A stretch of 64,000 bases of DNA, taken from Takakia lepidozioides (lineage: Eukaryota; Plantae; Bryophyta). Below the pieces are notes generated by a model that made no database searches, was not told the origin of the DNA, and saw only the letters and a program-made list of their open reading frames with translations. The stretch covers positions 23,498,001-23,562,000 of the forward strand of contig CM060734.1 in NCBI GenBank assembly GCA_030704615.1, given 5' to 3'. A program made the position numbers and the translations under genes. Below, one piece after another: positions 61,501-64,000 of the stretch (its first letter is position 1; each line of letters starts with the position of its first letter).

Positions 61501-64000
61501 TATGTCATTTCCATGAGAAAATTTCGCAGAAAAAATTCAGGGAATATGCCCTTGTGCTCACGTGCTACCCAACCTCCTGTCGCAGAGGTAGCCATGCTTC
61601 GCCCAGGTGATGTCAAAGCGAGCGAGTAATTGCCTTCTCCTCCTCTCTAAGCCTCTGGGAAGAGCTGCACAAAATTCCAACATTCCTGAACGGCGCGAAA
61701 GGATGAAAGAAGCAATGATTTATCCGTGATGTGTGGAACATCATGATGATTGCCTTGTTGTTGGCACAATAAGGGGGACTTTTAAGTTTCTTTGGCAAGG
61801 CTCAGTATTGAGGGGGTGTGGCATGTATATGAGAGCAGACTTTGTCTAGTAGATTTGGAGTGATCACTTCATGAAACAGGCCGGGAGAATTCTGAAAACA
61901 ACTAGCCAAGATCCTAAGCTTTTCAAAGCTAACCGGTTTGCCAAAGCAATTTATCAGTTGTGCTTTAAGAAAATCGAGAATAATCCATCTTATTCTTTCA
62001 AAATGGCAACCGGTAATATGGACATTTCACTCGGTCAATCTGTAATTAACTGCCAGTTCTCCACGTTCATTGGATCACTTACAGGAGCTCCTACAAATTA
62101 CAAAATTAATGACCCAACAATTCTGAACACAATGAAGGTAATCCATAGGTCTGAAACGTTTTTGGCGTCCCTTATGAACACATGTGTAGTAATGCCATAT
62201 GTAAGAACTGTAATCAACCGGACCAGGTTGCTTTGTGGCATGTGAAATTAAATTCGTTGGAGCACTGAAAATTTGGGACGGTTTGGGACGGGCAACGTGA
62301 ACCAGAGAGGTGTAGTAACGAATGTGGTGCCACAAGATATCATTTCCTCGTGCAATTGTCAGAATACGAAATTAAAAACTATGTATATGTGCTTCTTCTT
62401 CTATTTCCTACTGGGGTTGGGGTGGGGGGCCAGGAGGAACGTCCAACGAACGTGCCAAACTGTTAGTGTGGATTACTGATGTTGGATATCTGGATGTTTG
62501 CAGCTTGGGATTACATTTAAACTTTGAATGAAAAATTTGGCTTGGGCTCGTACTTGTGGCACAGGTCTTTTTCATGGACGATAAGTTATTGTATCACCAG
62601 ACTGGAAGGTCGTGGTACAGACAGCAGTCCAAGCATGGGTATGTGATGAAGTGCCCCACTGCGAGGGCTGCATAAATTTGATGAGGCGAATTTGGTGCGG
62701 CTTGCGAAGTTATGAAAGGATATGGAGAGGATATGTGGCAATTTCACTCATATGGAAATTCGACATATGTGACAATTTCACTCACTTCACCAAAGTCCAC
62801 ACGTCCACACCTTTGAGAATTTACACATTTGCGTCCACCCGCCAAATTTAATGGTCGCATGGGTGCATCACAAGACACACTACTTACCTTAAGGTTTACG
62901 CTGTTGTGTTGTTGGGCTCCAAGTTGGTGGCACCATGTGCCTGCACGCCTCCCTAACAAGAGCGGCGGCCGTTGACTGTCCAATGCTAAGCTGTTCAGTG
63001 TTGTCTGTGGATCTAGCGACTCTTTTCTGACTCTTTTCTGCGCCTCCATGACCAAAGCTAGCGACAGTAGCTTGCATGCGCAGCGGGGGTTGAAAAGGGG
63101 TTGTCTCTTGGAGAACGTAGTACACATCCATGGTCCTTTGTTAGGCCGCAATGGTAACTCAACGTGCAATGCTGATTCTTTCCTTCAAAATCGACGCTGG
63201 AATAATAGATAGAACGTACACTAGGACTGCATATTTTGCTGGGCAGACATAGGCTGCGGTGTGGTTTTCCAGCTGATGGAAAGACGAAGCTTGAAGATGA
63301 TGTTAGATTGTATGGGCGCACATCTTCAAAGATCCGTTAGGGTAATTCTACCCTACATTTTGTATGTACAGGCCTGTTAAAGACATGCACATCCGCCTGA
63401 CATCGAAATGCTCTGGCCCTAAAGGTTTGGGTACTTGTGAGGCTCCTCGTTAGCGAATTGAGCTAACTTTTCTGCATAATTTCAATTTGTGGACGAATGC
63501 GAAGAAGAAATGAAGTGTAATTTAAGGTTCGTGTAAGACGGGAGGATTTAGGAAGTTTCTTCTGGGCTGTCACGGATTGGCATTAATGCTCGAATTGATT
63601 TAAGATTGCAAACAGCAGACATCTGGAAGTTGATCATGGGTTCTGATCTAATGACAGGTAGAACACATGTGATCACTCTAGACATCCATAGTGGCATTGC
63701 CCGCCAGCGCTCGATTGCACTCTCATTTGATCGATCCATGCTCATGCGGCTGGGATCTAATCCCAACCAATCATCCTGAATCTGTATTGTATGCTTACTA
63801 TACTGGATGTATTATCATTATCAAAAACAAATTAATTCTATCACCTACTATTGATTGATGAATTTATTTTCCAACATGTAAAAGCAACCGTTTGGGAGTT
63901 CGACCCCAGATTCGAACCATGTTCTTTGTTTTCTAAAACCAACTTCTATAAAGAAGGGAAAAAATAAAACCCCCATATAATTAAGCCAGAGTAGAGGGAA

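Noticed and set aside
61503-64000. Short ORFs (61871-62245, 62744-63321 and others)
   Set aside because: No recognisable motifs or consistent exon structure; left unannotated

Overview
Eukaryotic, gene-poor, nested-transposon DNA from a land plant, probably a bryophyte. This is inferred from GT-AG introns, a PLS-class PPR fragment, TTTAGGG motifs and a tRNA-iMet PBS. Left to right: (1) a decayed pogo-like transposase; (2) a ~27.7-kb Sola1/DUF7869-type DNA transposon bounded by 30-bp TIRs (4111-4140 / 31761-31790), carrying a ParB/Srx-like + degenerate methyltransferase-like gene, three FCP1/NIF phosphatase-like domains and a Pol II CTD-like peptide; (3) nested in it, an 11-kb Ty3/gypsy element (17388-28409, TSD AGAC) with a DNMT3-like C5 methyltransferase between protease and RT, a PHD finger after integrase, and split terminal repeats (A-internal-B-A-B) instead of normal LTRs; (4) an old, rearranged GCM/SWIM Mutator-like element (MULE-1, 32052-~44227) with a 19-copy palindrome array; (5) a near-intact relative (MULE-2, 45274-56658, 9-bp TSD TGGTTTCTC) inserted in a second gypsy element and encoding an apparently intact 9-exon ParB-like/beta-class amino-methyltransferase-like gene; (6) a PPR fragment and a TA-flanked MITE. 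Main candidate new system: three DNA transposons from two superfamilies each pair a ParB-like(-MTase) accessory gene with many copies of their own family-specific palindrome (11-17-bp arms, 2-nt spacer). This resembles a ParB/parS-like self-recognition or anti-silencing module. All domain calls are by motif recognition only; no searches were run.
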